64,000 nt of DNA. Source: Lytechinus pictus (Eukaryota). This document shows, piece by piece, positions 38,479 through 52,485 of the stretch. Within the stretch, counting starts at the first letter, position 1; every line of letters starts with the position of its first letter. The stretch covers positions 23,562,001 through 23,626,000 of the forward strand of contig NC_087250.1 of assembly GCF_037042905.1 (NCBI RefSeq), given 5' to 3'. The notes beneath the pieces are model-generated. The model did not search any database, had not been told where the DNA came from, and saw only the letters and a list, made by a program, of their open reading frames with translations. The position numbers and the translations under genes were made by a program.

Positions 38479-41252
38479 TTATATCCTACATAGATTGTAT
38501 CCTGTATAGTGATTGGTTCAAATGGCATCAAGTGACCAAATATATTTGAAACATGATGTTGCGTGACGTCAGACCTCGATTTTGTTTTCGTTATATCCTA
38601 CATAAATTAAATCCTGTATGCTGATTGGTTTAAATGGCATCATGTGACCAAAATTATTCTCACTATTTTGCGATGATGTCGAAAATGAAACGCCCACCGA
38701 AAAAAATGTGCTATTCCGTGACGTCAATGATGGAATAGTCGACTATTCCATCATTGACGTCACAGATCATTGACACAGATCATGCAATCTCTCGGGCGCA
38801 CCGGTCAGCGAGATGACTCTACCGGGCAAGTCCCGTGAAGAGACGGCGCAGGCACAAATCGGCATTCCGCTGAGCGCGTGGTTTCGGGAAAGGTAGATCA
38901 GTCTGCGCAGCGCGTTATCTATTTTTAAGTTCAGATTAAGAAAAGATGAACTAGATAGACTATTGTTCTACCTGATTGAATGTAGGATATACAACAAATA
39001 TACCAGGCCTTTATTTCGAAAGTATAGAGAGAATTATTTATCCTCGGTTGTACTGGCCAAATTACTATTTATCCCTCGGGGCTTCGCCCCTTCACCCCTC
39101 GGGAAAAATAGTAATGCCAGTCCAACCTCGGAAAATAATTCCTGTTATATCCCTTACTTAAGATTGTTGTATTGAGAGTGTACACAAGGAAAAAAGAATA
39201 GTTTCACTACGAAAAACGTTTGCCGTGAAATAGTTCATTTTCCTTGCTGACGTCACGCATAGTCAATTTTTTTCCCTAAGGAAAAAGTGAACTATACGTT
39301 TTTTGACCCCCCTCCCAAAGACCTTATAATATGCCCCCCCCCCCCACCCTACCTCGCGATTCGCGAGCTGTGCGGCGCGATGCGAGCAGAGCGCTGCTCA
39401 GCAAAACGGTACTCTCCACTGCATGCCACGGGAAACTTTCGGCGAGCTGCACTAACCAAGGGTGTGCTCGCTGAACAGACGATCCATACGGCAAAACTTA
39501 TATTTTCTCAACTTCTCAACGATTGTTCTATATCAACTTATTAAAAAAAATCGTTTCGCTGTAAAATTAATGATATGAGTGGAAGGGATATAAAACAAAT
39601 ATACAATGACCCATTCTCGGAACAGGATATTCGCCCTCAGGAACATCACGATGGCCCTCGGGAGAATAGTAGGCCTACTATGTGATGTTCCTTCGATGCG
39701 AATAGTTTTAGCCAGATCCTCGATCGAGTGTCAATGTATATTTGTATACTATACTTACATAAAGCCTGGTGCATTTGTATACTATACCAATATTCTTAAT
39801 TCATTATTTCAGAAAACTGGATATTTAGCTAAACTCTCGGGCGCACCGGCCAGCGAGCTCTGTCTCCCGGGCAAGTCCCGAGATGCGTCGGCGCAGGCAC
39901 TAATCTGCGTTCCGCGGAGCGCGGTGGCTCGATGAAGAGTAGGTAATTCAACGCAAGTAACCGGACTTTCCAAGCTCAGCGCATAGATTTTGGTTATGAA
40001 TTATCAAAAGTATAAAGGATATAAAACAAATATATCAGGCATTTCATTCGAAAGCATAGTGGAAATTATTAACCCTCGATTGGACTGGCAAAACTACTAT
40101 ACTTCCCTCGGGGCTTCGTCCCTCGAGGTAAAATAGTAATTGCCAGACCAACCTCGGATAAATAATTCCACTATACTTTCTCAAAGCCTGATATATTTGT
40201 TTATTATTCTTGTATATTACTGTATCGAACATTGTTGTATTATTAAACCTGCCGGTTAGTCTAATAGATTCGCTGTCCGGTCGGCGGCCCTGGTTCTTTT
40301 TTTCAGCATGGTCTGTAAAGAAAGACGTGGTGAACAACTATTCATATATCTGTTGTTGTTGTTGTTGTTGTTGATGGCTCAAGATATACGGCGCTGTATC
40401 CCAAGCTCTTCAAAAATTTAAGGTAGCAATTTTTGAGTACACACTGTACATGTAAGAGGAAACTTGTAAAATCATGAAATTAATTTCTAATCAAATAAGT
40501 ACAGTTACGATTGTTAATCTAGAAGTAACAAAGATTGATTCTCAGAATCAATTATATATTTGTCAGGTTACGGTATCAATGAATTTAGTTCTTAATCTTT
40601 TTTTAATATAAGAAATGCATGATCATATTTAAAAAATGTATTTATATATTTAGACAGTGGTCGAATACTGTGCACTCCACAAGTAACCATAAATAAACTT
40701 AGTAATCGATTACTAACTTACAATAAACAAATATATCAGGCTTTGAGAAAGTATAGTGGAATTATTTATCCGAGGTTGGTCTGGCAATTACTATTTTTCC
40801 AGAGGGGCGAAGCCCCGAGGGAAGTATAGTAGTTTTGCCAGTCCAACCGAGGATTAATAATTCCCACTTTGCTTTCGAATGAAACGCCTGATATATTTTT
40901 TTTATATCCTACTTTTAATAATTTATAACCAAAATCTATTCGCTGATCTTGCTTAGTCCGTTTACTTGAGTTGAATTACCTACTTTTCTCCGAGCCACCG
41001 TGCTCAGCGGAACGCAGATTAGTTCCTGCGCCGACGCATGGCTGGACTTGCCCGGGAGAGAGAGCGCGCTGGCCGGTGTGCCCTAGAGTTTAGCTAGATA
41101 TCGAGTTTTGTGAAATAATGACGTCAGAATATTGGTATATCCAAAAATATATCGAGGTCTGACGTCACGCAACACCATAGTTGAAATATATTCGGTCACA
41201 TGATGCTACTTGAACCAATCACTATACAGGATTTACTCTGTGTAGGATATAA
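38479..41252. mobile_element. Large inverted-repeat composite of a TTATATCCTAC-ended repeat family
   Basis: 38479-38580 is the reverse complement of 41150-41252, and 39780-40205 is the reverse complement of 40723-41140. Related fragments fill 38590-39770. The spacer 40206-40722 is unrelated to the arms. Confidence 0.75.
40376..40455 (-). ncRNA. Putative Sm-class small RNA, copy 4 (inverted)
   Basis: Minus strand reads AAATTTTTGAAGA-GCTTGGGATACA-GCGCCG-TATATCTTGAGC, with a canonical Sm site AAUUUUUGA. The upstream 40500-40715 region is homologous to unit 2. Confidence 0.55.
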
Positions 41253-42794
41253 TACTGATTACATTGATGTAATAATTCATATAATATACAAATATATCAG
41301 GCTTTGAGAAAGTATAGTGGGAATTATTCATCCACGGTTGGACCGGCAATTATTATTTTCCCCGAGGGAAAAATAGTTATATTGCCATCCAACCGCTTGC
41401 TCAGCGTAATATCCAGTCTTCGGTATCGCACACAACTTATAGCGCAGGTCAGGTTTCTGTTGCATAAAAATTATTATATAACTCAAACGAAGATTCTTGC
41501 CATTTGATTGGTTGAATGGTGTTCAATATTTGGTCCATTCTTTACTGCGTGCATTTTGTAATTTTCCATTGCACGGTGACCGTGCATTTTTATTTTTCCA
41601 TTGCACGGTACGCTAGCGCTCCCTCAGTATAATCATGTGTATGTCAACTTACCTTCTCATGTATGTGTGTGTGTGTGTATGTTTGCGCGCAGATCAAACT
41701 GACTGTGCGCACTCGACTCAGATCCATGAAGCAATGCGCGTCACAAAACAATTAAAGCAATGAAAGGGCTGATGATCGAGCTGTCGATACATGGAAGAAT
41801 CCACCGTAGGCCGACTAGCAATTATCAGAGAAAAAATGTTGCTGGAAATGGGCCAACCTAATCTTTATATATTTTATTTCCTCTTTTACATTTTTAAAAA
41901 CTTTGTAACTTATATGAGTTATATAAAACAAATAATGAATGTAAATATTTGTGCAATGGAAAGAATATTTACATTCGATGAAAGATTAAAAGTTCCATTC
42001 AACTTGGCTACGCCTCCCATTGCACGCATACACATGCATTATTTGTATACCATTCTGGTAAATTTGCTATTCAATGGTTATTACCATGTTAAAGGGGTAC
42101 TCCCGGCTGAAGTAAATATGATTTTAACAGATAAAGACAAATCAGACAAGCAAAACACTGTTAATTTAATCAAATCATACAAATGTTAATTAATATGAAT
42201 GTTTATTTTTCAAAATTTTCACTTTTCTTGTATCATTAGAAATGTAAATGAAAAAAAAATAATGATTTATATATTTTTTTTATTATCTTTTTTTATTTTT
42301 ACGCTGTCCCTCTTTCATTGTTACTTCCTTTTTTTACATTTTCTTTTTCTTAGCCCCGCCCCTCAAAAAACACACGTACCCACTTGTTACCAACAGTGTA
42401 TACAATTTTAAGGAGTAGAATATGAAATTCCTTGGTAAATGTCACATATGCTATGCATTGGCAGGGTTCCGAACCCCTGACTTATTTGTCCGTCGCCTGA
42501 GGGCTGCCACTACACACCTATCGATTATATTTAACCTCCGTGTAGCGTGATCGATAATATGGTAATAGCAAAATTAACAAATTTCGGAGTTGTATATACA
42601 TTATCATCAACTATCTTTCTATCGTTGCTTTCTTTTTAAAACAAAAGTATATATATTGATATATTAAAATTAATATGTCCATAAAAAATAACAATCAATG
42701 TGACTTTTCTTTTAAGTTTTTTCTAATGAAGGTTAGACAGGTAACTTTATTTGTAACTATAAAAAATATAATGTTTATATTTGTTACACACTAC

Positions 42795-42884
42795 GTCACT
42801 ACGAGTCAATGTAATCTCAAAGAGAAAATATCATATATCAGCTTTTTGGAAAGCCTGGGATACAGCGCCGTGTATCTCGGGCCT
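42795..42884 (+). ncRNA. Putative Sm-class small RNA, copy 5
   Basis: CTTTTTGG followed by hairpin GCCTGGGATACA-GCGCCG-TGTATCTCGGGC (42853-42882). The upstream 42495-42770 region is homologous to unit 3. Confidence 0.55.
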
Positions 42885-43329
42885 ATTACAAACACGTGAA
42901 CATTGATGGGGCATACGAGTAGGGGAGCCGAAGAGTGGCCGAGAGGGTGCCGAAGGAGGCCGAGGGGAGCCGAAGGAGGGTGAAAGGGGGTGCGGAGGTA
43001 TTATCTCCCTGTGCCTCTCCCGTCTCCTCTACATCACCCTTTCCATCATCTTGTTTACATAATGCGAAAGCGCCCCTTTGATAAGCTCGGTCACTTCGCT
43101 CCCTCACTTTCGATTTTTTTTCCCCAAAATGTCTACTGCCCACCAGCCCATCCCCATGCAAAAAACTTCTGCTTTATCGAAAGTTATCCTTTGTTTCCCT
43201 GTGCCCCCACTTTGAACTTTGCTCCACCGCCCCTGCAACACCCGCCATGAGTCAAAGAAGAAACCACTGGGCGTAACACATAGCTGCTTATAATTTAAAG
43301 GTAAAGTCCACCCCAGCTTTTTTTTCGCG

Positions 43330-44040
43330 CTGAATAATCACCAATGAACATTAATGGTGTATATCTTCTACCACAAGAAAGGATCACCAGTCGTTCTTAA
43401 AGTCGCTCTCAAAGGTCAAGTCCACCCCAGCAAAATGTTGATTTTAATCAATAGAGAAAAATCAAACTAGCATAAAACTGAAAATTTCATCAAAATCCGA
43501 TGTAAAATAAGAAAGTTATGGCATTTTAAAGTTTCGCTTATTTTTCACAAAAACAGTGATATGCACAACTCAGTGACATGCAAATGAGACGGCCAATGAT
43601 GTCCATCACTCACTATTTCTTTTGTTTTTTATGTTTGAATTATACAATATTTCATTCTTTCAGATTTGACCATAGGGACCGACTTGATGGAAAGGTTGAT
43701 GTTGAGAAGACGCGAGAGAGAGATAATCATCGACTGTTTCATTTGAGTTGTGCATATCACTGTTTTGTGAAAAATAAGCAAAACTTTAAAATGTCATAAC
43801 TTTCTTAGTTTATGAAAAATTTTGATGAAATCTTCAGCGCTATGCTAGTTTGATTTTTCTCAATTTATTAAAATCAACATTTTTCTGGGGTGGACTTGAC
43901 CTATGAGAGCGGCTTTAAGAACGACTGGTGATCCTTTTTTGTGGTAGAAGATATACACCATTAATGTTCATTGGTGACTATTCAGCGCGTAAGAAAAGCC
44001 CACCAGTCGTTCTTAAAGTCACTCTTTACAAACACCCCCA
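43330..44040. mobile_element. Nested MITEs: Kolobok-like 43413-43902 flanked by inverted Harbinger-like fragments
   Basis: AGGTCAAGTCCACCCC...GGGTGGACTTGACCT lies between inverted CACCAGTCGTTCTTAAAGTCGCTC segments. Confidence 0.75.
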
Positions 44041-44479
44041 GTTTTTTAAAGGAGAGCAAAAAGCATTTGAATCCACACAAAAGAGAGAAAATCAAATAAA
44101 CATATTTCAGGTTTGAGAAAAATCGAATGCATACTAGTAGTAAGAAAGCTTTATTTTGTATATGGATTGAAAATTTTGACAAAAAAACTTCTTCATTAAT
44201 AAAAAAAATATCGATATTACTATTCTATAATCGATTATTGAATTGGCCGGTGAAGACGAAAATAGTTACTAGTATATAAAAAGTATGAACGCTCATTCTC
44301 CTTCTATTCTCAGTAAATTTCATACATTACAATGTCGATTTTATACAAAACACCCAAAATGTATATATTTAGAAGATCATGGATATGATATGGTGTTGGC
44401 AGATATTCCATTCAGGATAGGAAGCAAATTTAACACTCACTACTTTTTTGGCTTTAAAAAATAATTACATATAATAATG

Positions 44480-44566
44480 ATTCATCATCACAATTGGATC
44501 GTGTGTATTGTAAACAACAATACAACTTTTGAAGAGCATGATATATAATTCGTGTGTATCGTGCTT
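44480..44566 (+). ncRNA. Putative Sm-class small RNA, copy 6
   Basis: 8-bp hairpin TGTATTGT/ACAATACA, ACTTTTGA and a 13-bp hairpin AGCATGATATATA-ATTCG-TGTGTATCGTGCT (44535-44565). Upstream ATCGAT pair (44210, 44228) and ACTCACTAC box (44435). Confidence 0.55.
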
Positions 44567-44594
44567 AAGTGTATTCGGGGTTTTCGGGTTTTCA

Positions 44595-45683
44595 CAGAAT
44601 CAAGACCTTGGAAAATATATTTTGTTGTTAAATAGCAGAGAAAAATATAAAAACATACTGGTGAAGGTTTGAGGTTTGAGGAAAATCCATTTAAGATTAA
44701 GAAACTTATTAAGAATTTTAATTTTTTGGATTTGTGACTTCGTGAAGAGCAGCTTCCCAATATGTTATGTAATATAAAATGCATAAATTTCAATATTTTA
44801 ATGGCTCGTGCTGACGTATTTTTGTTTTCTCTTGAGGAGCAGGTGTGAAATACTATGTCTATTGATATACTGGAGGTACAGCAAACCTTTTTCAAGTTTC
44901 ATTGATATTTTGCCTTTCGATATTATGTAGGAAAGCTGCTCGCAAGTGACGTCATAAATCAAATAATTAGAATTCTAATAACATTGTTATTCTTCAATGG
45001 ATTTTTGTCAAACCTTCGGCAATATTTTTTAAATTATTTTTTCTGCTATTTTTACGATAAACTTTTTGTCAGGGTGAACTTCCCCTTTAAAGGGATGGTC
45101 CAGTCTGGAGATTTTTATACCTCACTATAGAGTAAAATTCACAAAGCAAAATGTTGAAAATTTGATCAAAATCGGATAACAAATAACCAAGTTATTGAAG
45201 TTTAAAGATTTGCATTATTCCGGTGACAAAGTTCTCGGCATGTTTTTATTCATTAGGTGGGCTGATGATGTCATATCCCCACTTGTTCTTTTGTATTTCA
45301 TTATATGAAATTAGGTTTATTCAAAAATTTTCTACCAAGAACTAAAACAATTGGATTTACAACTGATTAAATGCATTAGTTATTTATTGCCGCAACTTAT
45401 TTCATCATAATGGAGACACACAATTTATACATGTATGAAAAAATGAAACATTTATGATTTCATGTAATAACATAAGACAAAGGAAAGTGGGAATATGACA
45501 TCATCAGCCCAACTAATGAATATTTATGACGATGTGCATATAACATTTTCACAAAATATTGATAAACTTTAAAAGTTCAACTTCGCTATTTGTTATCCGA
45601 TTTTGATGAAATTTTCAGCATTTTGCTTTTTGAATTTTACTATATTTATTTAGCTATAAATATTTTCAGCCCGGACTATCCCT
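44595..45683. mobile_element. Two adjacent TTAA-type MITEs (~44595-45086 and 45091-45683)
   Basis: ...GAACTTCCCCT|TTAA|AGGGATGGTCC...GGACTATCCCT|TTAA, each with inverted arms. Confidence 0.8.
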
Positions 45684-45688
45684 TTAAA

Positions 45689-48600
45689 TTCAATTCAATT
45701 CAATTCATTTTATTCAATCATTTAAAAAAATCAAAGAATATACAAACCAAAATATATACAAATCATACATGAATGTAACAGTATAGTTTAAATGATTAGG
45801 GTGTCCCTAAAAGCAAAAGCTTGATGAGTGGGACACCCAATACATATATATATATATATATATAAGCGTACATAAAAGTGAAAAGGTAACAATAATAAAC
45901 ACAAACAATACATAAGAAAATAAGACGGTAAACCTACAGGGGAGAGGAGGGGGGGGGTCAGGAAAAGGGTGTGGAAATGAATTGTGTGATTAATTGGCAT
46001 ACATAATTACAAGTGAACTTTTGAGTTTTGTTTTAAATGCAGTAACATTTGTGCTAGAAATTACAGTGGAAGGGAGGGAATTCCATATTCGAGGACCAGT
46101 GGATTTAAATGAATAAAGGGTTGATTGATTGAATGCTACAGGATAATGGAATTTAGAGTTTGAACGGGTATTGTATTGATGGTAGTCTTTATTATATTTA
46201 AATAGATTAATCATATTAAGGGGTGCTAAGTTGTGATTTACGTAGTACATTATAATTGCAATTTGAATTTTATGAATATAAAAAACTGTCAAGGTGTTTA
46301 ATCTAAAAAATAAAGGGCGCGACGGAGCTAGGTAGTGGGAGTTAGAACAAATACGTAAAGCCTTTTTTTGGAGTATGTGTATGGGGTTTAGTTTTGTAGT
46401 GCCACAACTTGCCCAAGTGATATTACCATAATAGATATAAGGAAGCAATAAAGAATTGTAGAGCATAAGCAAATGTTTTTCTGTAAGATTATTACGTAAT
46501 TTAGCTAATATACCTATATTTTTTGACATCTTATTACTAACAAAAAAAGCGGTGTTCATTGTAAGACAATTTGTCATCAAGTACAAATCCTAAGAATTTT
46601 ACGGAATTTACTAATTTTAAAGTTACATTTCTAATTTTAACATTGAAGTCGAAAGATACATTGTGGGATAAATGAGGTTTTCGAAAATACATAACACTTG
46701 TTTTGTCATAATTGACAACGAGTTTGTTTGCATCGAACCAATCACAAATCTTACATAATTCATCATTTGTTTTTTCCAGTAAATATATAAAATTGCTATG
46801 GGTAGAAACAATAGTAGTGTCATCAGCAAATAAAACATAATTAAAGAATGAAGATGCTGAACATAAATCATTTATATAAATAAGGAAGAGAAGCGGGCCC
46901 AGTATGGAGCCTTGGGGGACTCCATACTGGGCGATAGAATATTGAGAATCATAATTGTTAAATGAAGTGTAGTTTTGTCGATCAATTAAGTAGTTCTAGA
47001 ACCATTCCCACACTGCTCCCCTAATACCGTAATGAGATAATTTATATAAGAGAATGTTATGGTCTATGAGGTCGAAGGCTTTTGATAGGTCTAGGAATAT
47101 TCCAAATGAGTGGTAATTATTATTCATATTAGTTAAGAGGGTATTATTTAAGTCAATTAATGCATGCTCACATGAATGTCCAACCCTAAATCCGTATTGA
47201 CAGTTGTTTAATATTCTGTTATTATCTAAGTGGGAAATTAATCTTTTGTAAACAATTTTTTCCAGGATCTTAGAAAAGCATGATAATAATGTAATAGGTC
47301 GGTAATTAGAAAATGAATGTTTATCGCCTTTTTTGAAAACTGGGATGATTTTTCCGATTTTTAAGCTATTAGGTACTTTGCCAGAACATAAAGATAAATT
47401 AAATATATGTACTAATGGTTTAAGTATAGAAAAAATTACTTTTTTGATAACAAAGGAACTTATATCGTCAAAACCGGTACTATAGGTCAACTTTAATTCC
47501 TTAACGATTTTAATTATTTCTAATTCATTGGTCGGATAAAAATACATAGAGGATTGACATGGATTACTTAGGTATTGGCTAAAATGATTTTTGAAATTAT
47601 GAGCAGATTGTTTTAGGGTATTTGAGGCAATGTTGGAAAAGAAGTTGTTAAATTCATTTACTATATCTTGATTATTACAGACTTTAACATTATTTTTCAT
47701 AAAATATAAAGGAAAATTTTGTTTATTTTTCTTACACATTAGGTCGTTTATAATTTGCCAAACCTTTCTAAGATTATTTTTATTCTTGGATAATAAATCA
47801 CAATAATATTTTTTACGAGCTGATCTTAATAGCTGATTTAAAATGTTACGATATTTCTTATATTTCATTTCAATTGATTTAGTACGTTTTTGGCAAAAAA
47901 GTTTGTGAAGTCGATTTTTTTTATTGATACATTTTAACAAGCCATGACTAATCCAAGGCTTTTTAGCCGAAATCTTAGTCTTTTTTTCAAGTTTACAATT
48001 CACATTAAATGCTGATTTGAATACTTCAAGGAAATTATTATATGCATCATCTGCATCACCTAATGATAATATATGATTCCAGTCAAAAGAGAGTAAAATT
48101 TTGTTGAGGCTATCAATATTTTCTTTGTTAATGCTTCTTTTCTTAAAATTCAAATCGACGTCTGTTTTAGAATAAGACCTTATATTACGGGTAATTGAAA
48201 AAATTGGCAAATGGTCAGTTGTATCGTCATAAAATATTCCAGAAGATATATTATTTTCGCATACATTCGTAAAAATATTGTCGATTAAAGTTGTCGAGCA
48301 ATGTGTTATTCTTGTAGGTCGGTTAATCAAGGGTCTGAGGGAATTATTATACATTATATTAAAAAAATCATTGACATTTGCAACTGATGAACTATTCAAC
48401 AAATTTATATTCCAGTCACCCATAATATATATATTCTTGTTTTCATTTATAATTTTACTAAGGCATGTATTTACATCGTTATTAAAATCAGTTACATTTG
48501 AACCAGGATCACGATAAATAATTCCAATGATTATGTTTTTTTTATCACATATATTAATTTCAAGAAAGAGAGATTCACATAAGTTTTGCGCTAGATTTAT

Positions 48601-50200
48601 ATCCACTCTTTCTATCACATTCAATGAATCATGAATCAACATGGCTACTCCACCACCTCTACTTTTTGTTCTGTCACAGTGAAAAGAATTATAATTTTCC
48701 ATATGGAATAGTTCTTTTGGAGTTAATGGGTGCATCCAGGTTTCACTGAATTCATATATTAAAAAATTAGGACTAATTTGTTTTGTAATAAAATCGTGTA
48801 TATTTTCAAAATTTTTATGCAAGCTTCTTGCGTTAAAATGGAGTACACTAAATGCATCATTATCAAAAGTCATTTCAGAATTGAATTCAGCGGGTAACCA
48901 GTATCTACTTGGATTATCAAGTACAGGGCAGTTAACATCGGGATCAATATTTGATAAGTTATCTTCTTTATTTATGCACATGTTAATTTCACAATCATTT
49001 AACTCATATTGTATATCATGGTTGACAAGGTTGCCAAATTCTATATCGGAAAGGTTGTTAAAAGGGAAAGGGGATTCACAAAATAACATAATTTACTCAA
49101 AGATTAAGGGTAAAAAATACAATGGAAAAACAAGTAAAAAAACATAAAAATAAAAAAATCTTGTATTAAAATTGTTACATAAACAAGAGTGCAATTGGGG
49201 TACACAATAGTTTATTCACACTTTCAAGTTTCATTACATGTAGTCCAACAGTCTTTAAAGTTTCATGAGTTCATCCTTTGTTCGTATGTGTCTTTTCATT
49301 GTTCTGTTTCCCGTTGTAGCGAGCAGTGCAATGATCCGGCCATCAGAGGCCCAAGCTTCTTTGACTTTTTCATGTTACTTTGTAGTGTAGAGCAGCTCTT
49401 GATTGGCAGCGGTCAATGACTCGTCAATTCCGATTCCAGAACCTTTCAGTTTTCTGCGGGATCGGAGAACTTCGTTCCGTTTTCGGTAAGACGTGAATTT
49501 TACCACTATTGATCGTGCCTTTTTCTTTCTTCCTTCTACTTTTTCATTGTTCCTCACAGCGACACGGTGTGATCTATCTATATCATGCTTCGATAATTCC
49601 ACGCCCAGCTTATCTTTGGCAATGGTGCACACAAGGTCATCTGTATCTTCTCTATCATGCTCTGCTACCCCGAAGAACTTCAAACAATTGCGTCTCGAGT
49701 ATTGTTCTGCTTCGTTGACGGCAATTTGAAGATTGTTAATTGCGTTGCTCTGATTGGTTGATAGTTCTTTCAGTGCTTTGATTTCGTTCTCCTTAACTCG
49801 AAGGTCTATCTCTAATTCCATTCTATTTCCATCATAGCGGTCAAGTCGCTCAGTAATATCATTGTTCGACTTTTCGATTAGCTCAAGTCGATGCAAGAAC
49901 TTGGTCATTTCTTTGTTCATTGCCCTTTCAACAGCCCTTTCTACTGATTTCTCAATGGAACTGAGGAATTCATCACCTTTGAGATAATCATTGGCTGCAG
50001 CAACAGCCGCCGCTTGGGCCTTCGCCATGATGAAAATATGAAGACCGAATATGAGAATATTATAAGAAATGTTATAATGAATATAGAATGTTGATTGTGC
50101 GACCTTCAGGCGTTTCACAAATTGTAGTTTAGTTTATACACGATACATTACATTGCGTTAAGTTTTCTGCAGATAAAAAGGCCCTCAAAATTAATTGGTA
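45689..50200 (-). mobile_element. Near full-length CR1/L2-group LINE with intact ORF1 and disrupted ORF2
   Basis: ORF1 at 49375-50118 (coiled coil, EQYSRRNCL, IDRSHRV). ORF2 at 49089-46996 (APE: HFNARSL, SETW, GDWNINLL, TDHLPIF; RT: YRPITLL, QYGFR, DLSKAFD) continues after a stop and frameshifts to 45990 (GVPQGS, FADD). 3' (TTGAA)n tail at ~45689-45712. The 5' end is approximate. Confidence 0.93.
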
Positions 50201-50585
50201 ATCATTGTTCTCATACACCAAATGCACTCTATCACACTCAATCTATCACAAATGCCTTTCATGACAAAGCATGAGCAAGAAGTCTTTGTCGAAACTTGGT
50301 GAATCAGAAGAATACTTTGTTCCTGGCAATATTTCGTTAGCTCCCAAACTAAGTACGATCACTGATGTTCCTGCTCTCCCATTTTCGACAAAGACCTCCC
50401 ATCTGTTCATTGTCATTTGATGGACAACTTCAATACATTGACTGTGTTCTAGAATCTGTCCCCGTTGCAGTTGTAAAAACGGCATACAATATTATTCCAA
50501 ATGGGTGGTCATAAATACCTATCAAGGTTTGTCAAGACAGCCACCCTTATATAAATGAAATAAGTAACATTGACATTAAAATGTG

Positions 50586-51320
50586 GAGAGCGTTTCATGA
50601 GACGATTTGTCAGACGTTTTATCCGACAGTTACCTAGTAATTGAGCTTCTCAGGCAATAAAATTCAAAGAAAGTTGTCTTACAGTAATATTGATGAAACC
50701 CTCTCCAGGAGGGGGGTTCAGCAACATTTTCGTCCGACAAGTTGCCATCGGGGGGGCGTTTCATGAAAGGACTTGTCGGACGTTTTATCCGACAAGTCCC
50801 ATTTTATCCGACAGTTACCATAGTAACAGTACCTCTCAGCCAATCAAAATCATGGAAAGATGTCAGATCTGACAACTTGCTGGATGAAAATATTAATGAA
50901 ACGCTCTCCCGGTCTGACAACTTTCCTTGATTCTAATTGGCTGAGAAGTAACTGTCGGATAAAACGTCTGACAAGTACTTTCATGAAACCCTCCCCGGTT
51001 TTGTACTTTTTTCTGTCACGGTTGAAATGTTTATTCCATCATGAGAATAAACTAAAAGAGATGATTTTTTTCAGTGTCCAAAGGAGAGTGTTTTCGAAGT
51101 TTGACATCTCGCTCACATCGGCAACCATATTCCAATTACGCGAGAGACCAGGGGACCGTTTCATGAAGTTGTCAGCACTGACAACTTGACTTTCTCCGAC
51201 AGTTACCATGGTAACAGTCAGAGGTTAGTGCCTCTCAGCCAATCAAAACCAAGGATTTCACTGAAATTGTCAGCTCTGACAATTTAGTCAGCAATGACAA
51301 CTTTCATGAAACACCCCCCA
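50586..51320. mobile_element. Cluster of nested short Harbinger-like MITEs (CGTTTCATGAAA...TTTCATGAAAC)
   Basis: Repeated palindromic units with TTGTCGGA/TCCGACAA and AGTTACCATAGTAAC cores. Another copy at 61492-61648. Confidence 0.75.
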
Positions 51321-51789
51321 GGTGAGCGCACGTAATGAGTCAAATAAATATGAAGACGAATTTAAGCTATTAACAAATATTTTCATAACCCCCCCTTCCC
51401 ATCACCGCGGCCTCTTCACTCAGATATTCCATGTCCTAATAACATAGTCTAAGCCCTAAACCTTGGTATACCACGACCCTCCCTAAACATCCCCTATTTC
51501 CGCTGAATAATAATCGATCATACAATTCGTTAATCGATTATTAAATTTGGTGCGGAACACAAGAGGCGGTTCTCAGGTGCAAAATAAGTATGATTACTCG
51601 TAATTTTATCTTCAATTTCTTTTATAAATTAAAGGTTGATTAAACATTCGAGACAACACTTATATATTAAAAAGCAATGATATTGATTCAGAGTTGGAAA
51701 ACTTTTTATTTTATTCACAAGTGGAAACCAAAGATAAGACTCACCACATTTGTTGTGATAAAAATAATAATTTATCTACTAGTTTCCAT

Positions 51790-51881
51790 GCGGGTGATAA
51801 AAAAATAATTTTTGCTTACAAATTACGTTAATCGTAACAACTTTTGAGAAGCTTAAAATGCAGTCCGTGCATTTTGAGCTA
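51790..51881 (+). ncRNA. Putative Sm-class small RNA, copy 7
   Basis: ACTTTTGA followed by a 13-bp hairpin AGCTTAAAATGCA-GTCCG-TGCATTTTGAGCT (51850-51880). Upstream ATCGAT pair (51512, 51531) and ACTCACCACATTTG box (51739). Confidence 0.55.
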
Positions 51882-52485
51882 TTTTGTGATAATATATATT
51901 GCTTGAATCTCTTGTCCCCCCCCCCCCCCTCCCGAACGAACTAATTGCTATTTGTCTGATAAGCCAGTTCGGAGTTCAATTCTGCGCATGATCACAAGGT
52001 CATTTGTATTACAGTGACAATGGTAGTTTAATGTTTATATCAATGAGATAAGCACCAACTTTGATGTCTTGATTACTCATAATTCTTTTGTATTGTGCTT
52101 TCCAGTCATGTCATTTAGATTGACAAAAAACAACAATGAGTCCTCAAACGACTGGTATTTCAAAGTTGGCCGAGAACATTGTTATAGCATGGACAAGTAG
52201 GTCAACATGGTCAATGGTTATAGCAACATGACGATGCATTCAAAGTAGAAATTCAACAAATACCTTCATAGAGTGTTAATTGGTGTGCTATTCTAGTCGC
52301 CTGGGGCCCGTAACACAAAGCTTAGTGAATGATCGTAGAACATTTTTTCTACGATTGATTGCATTGACTACAATGTACAATCAATGGTAAAAATCAAGCG
52401 TACGATTTATAGTCAACCTTTGTGTTCCGGGACCCTGGTCAATGAAATTTCTGCATCCTCCTATGTAAGGCCAAGGAGTTTTTAA

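Noticed and set aside
40376..40455. Units as U7 or spliceosomal snRNA genes
   Set aside because: There is no U7-type Sm variant and no conserved 5' sequence complementary to the histone downstream element. U1 5' ACUUACCUG, U2 branch-pairing GUAGUA and the U5 loop are also absent. Judged by eye; an Rfam search should confirm.
51850..51880. Family hairpin as an iron-responsive element, histone stem-loop or pre-miRNA
   Set aside because: The loop is not CAGUGH and lacks the bulged C five pairs below. It does not match the 6-bp histone stem-loop and no histone ORF is present. About 31 nt is too short for a pre-miRNA.
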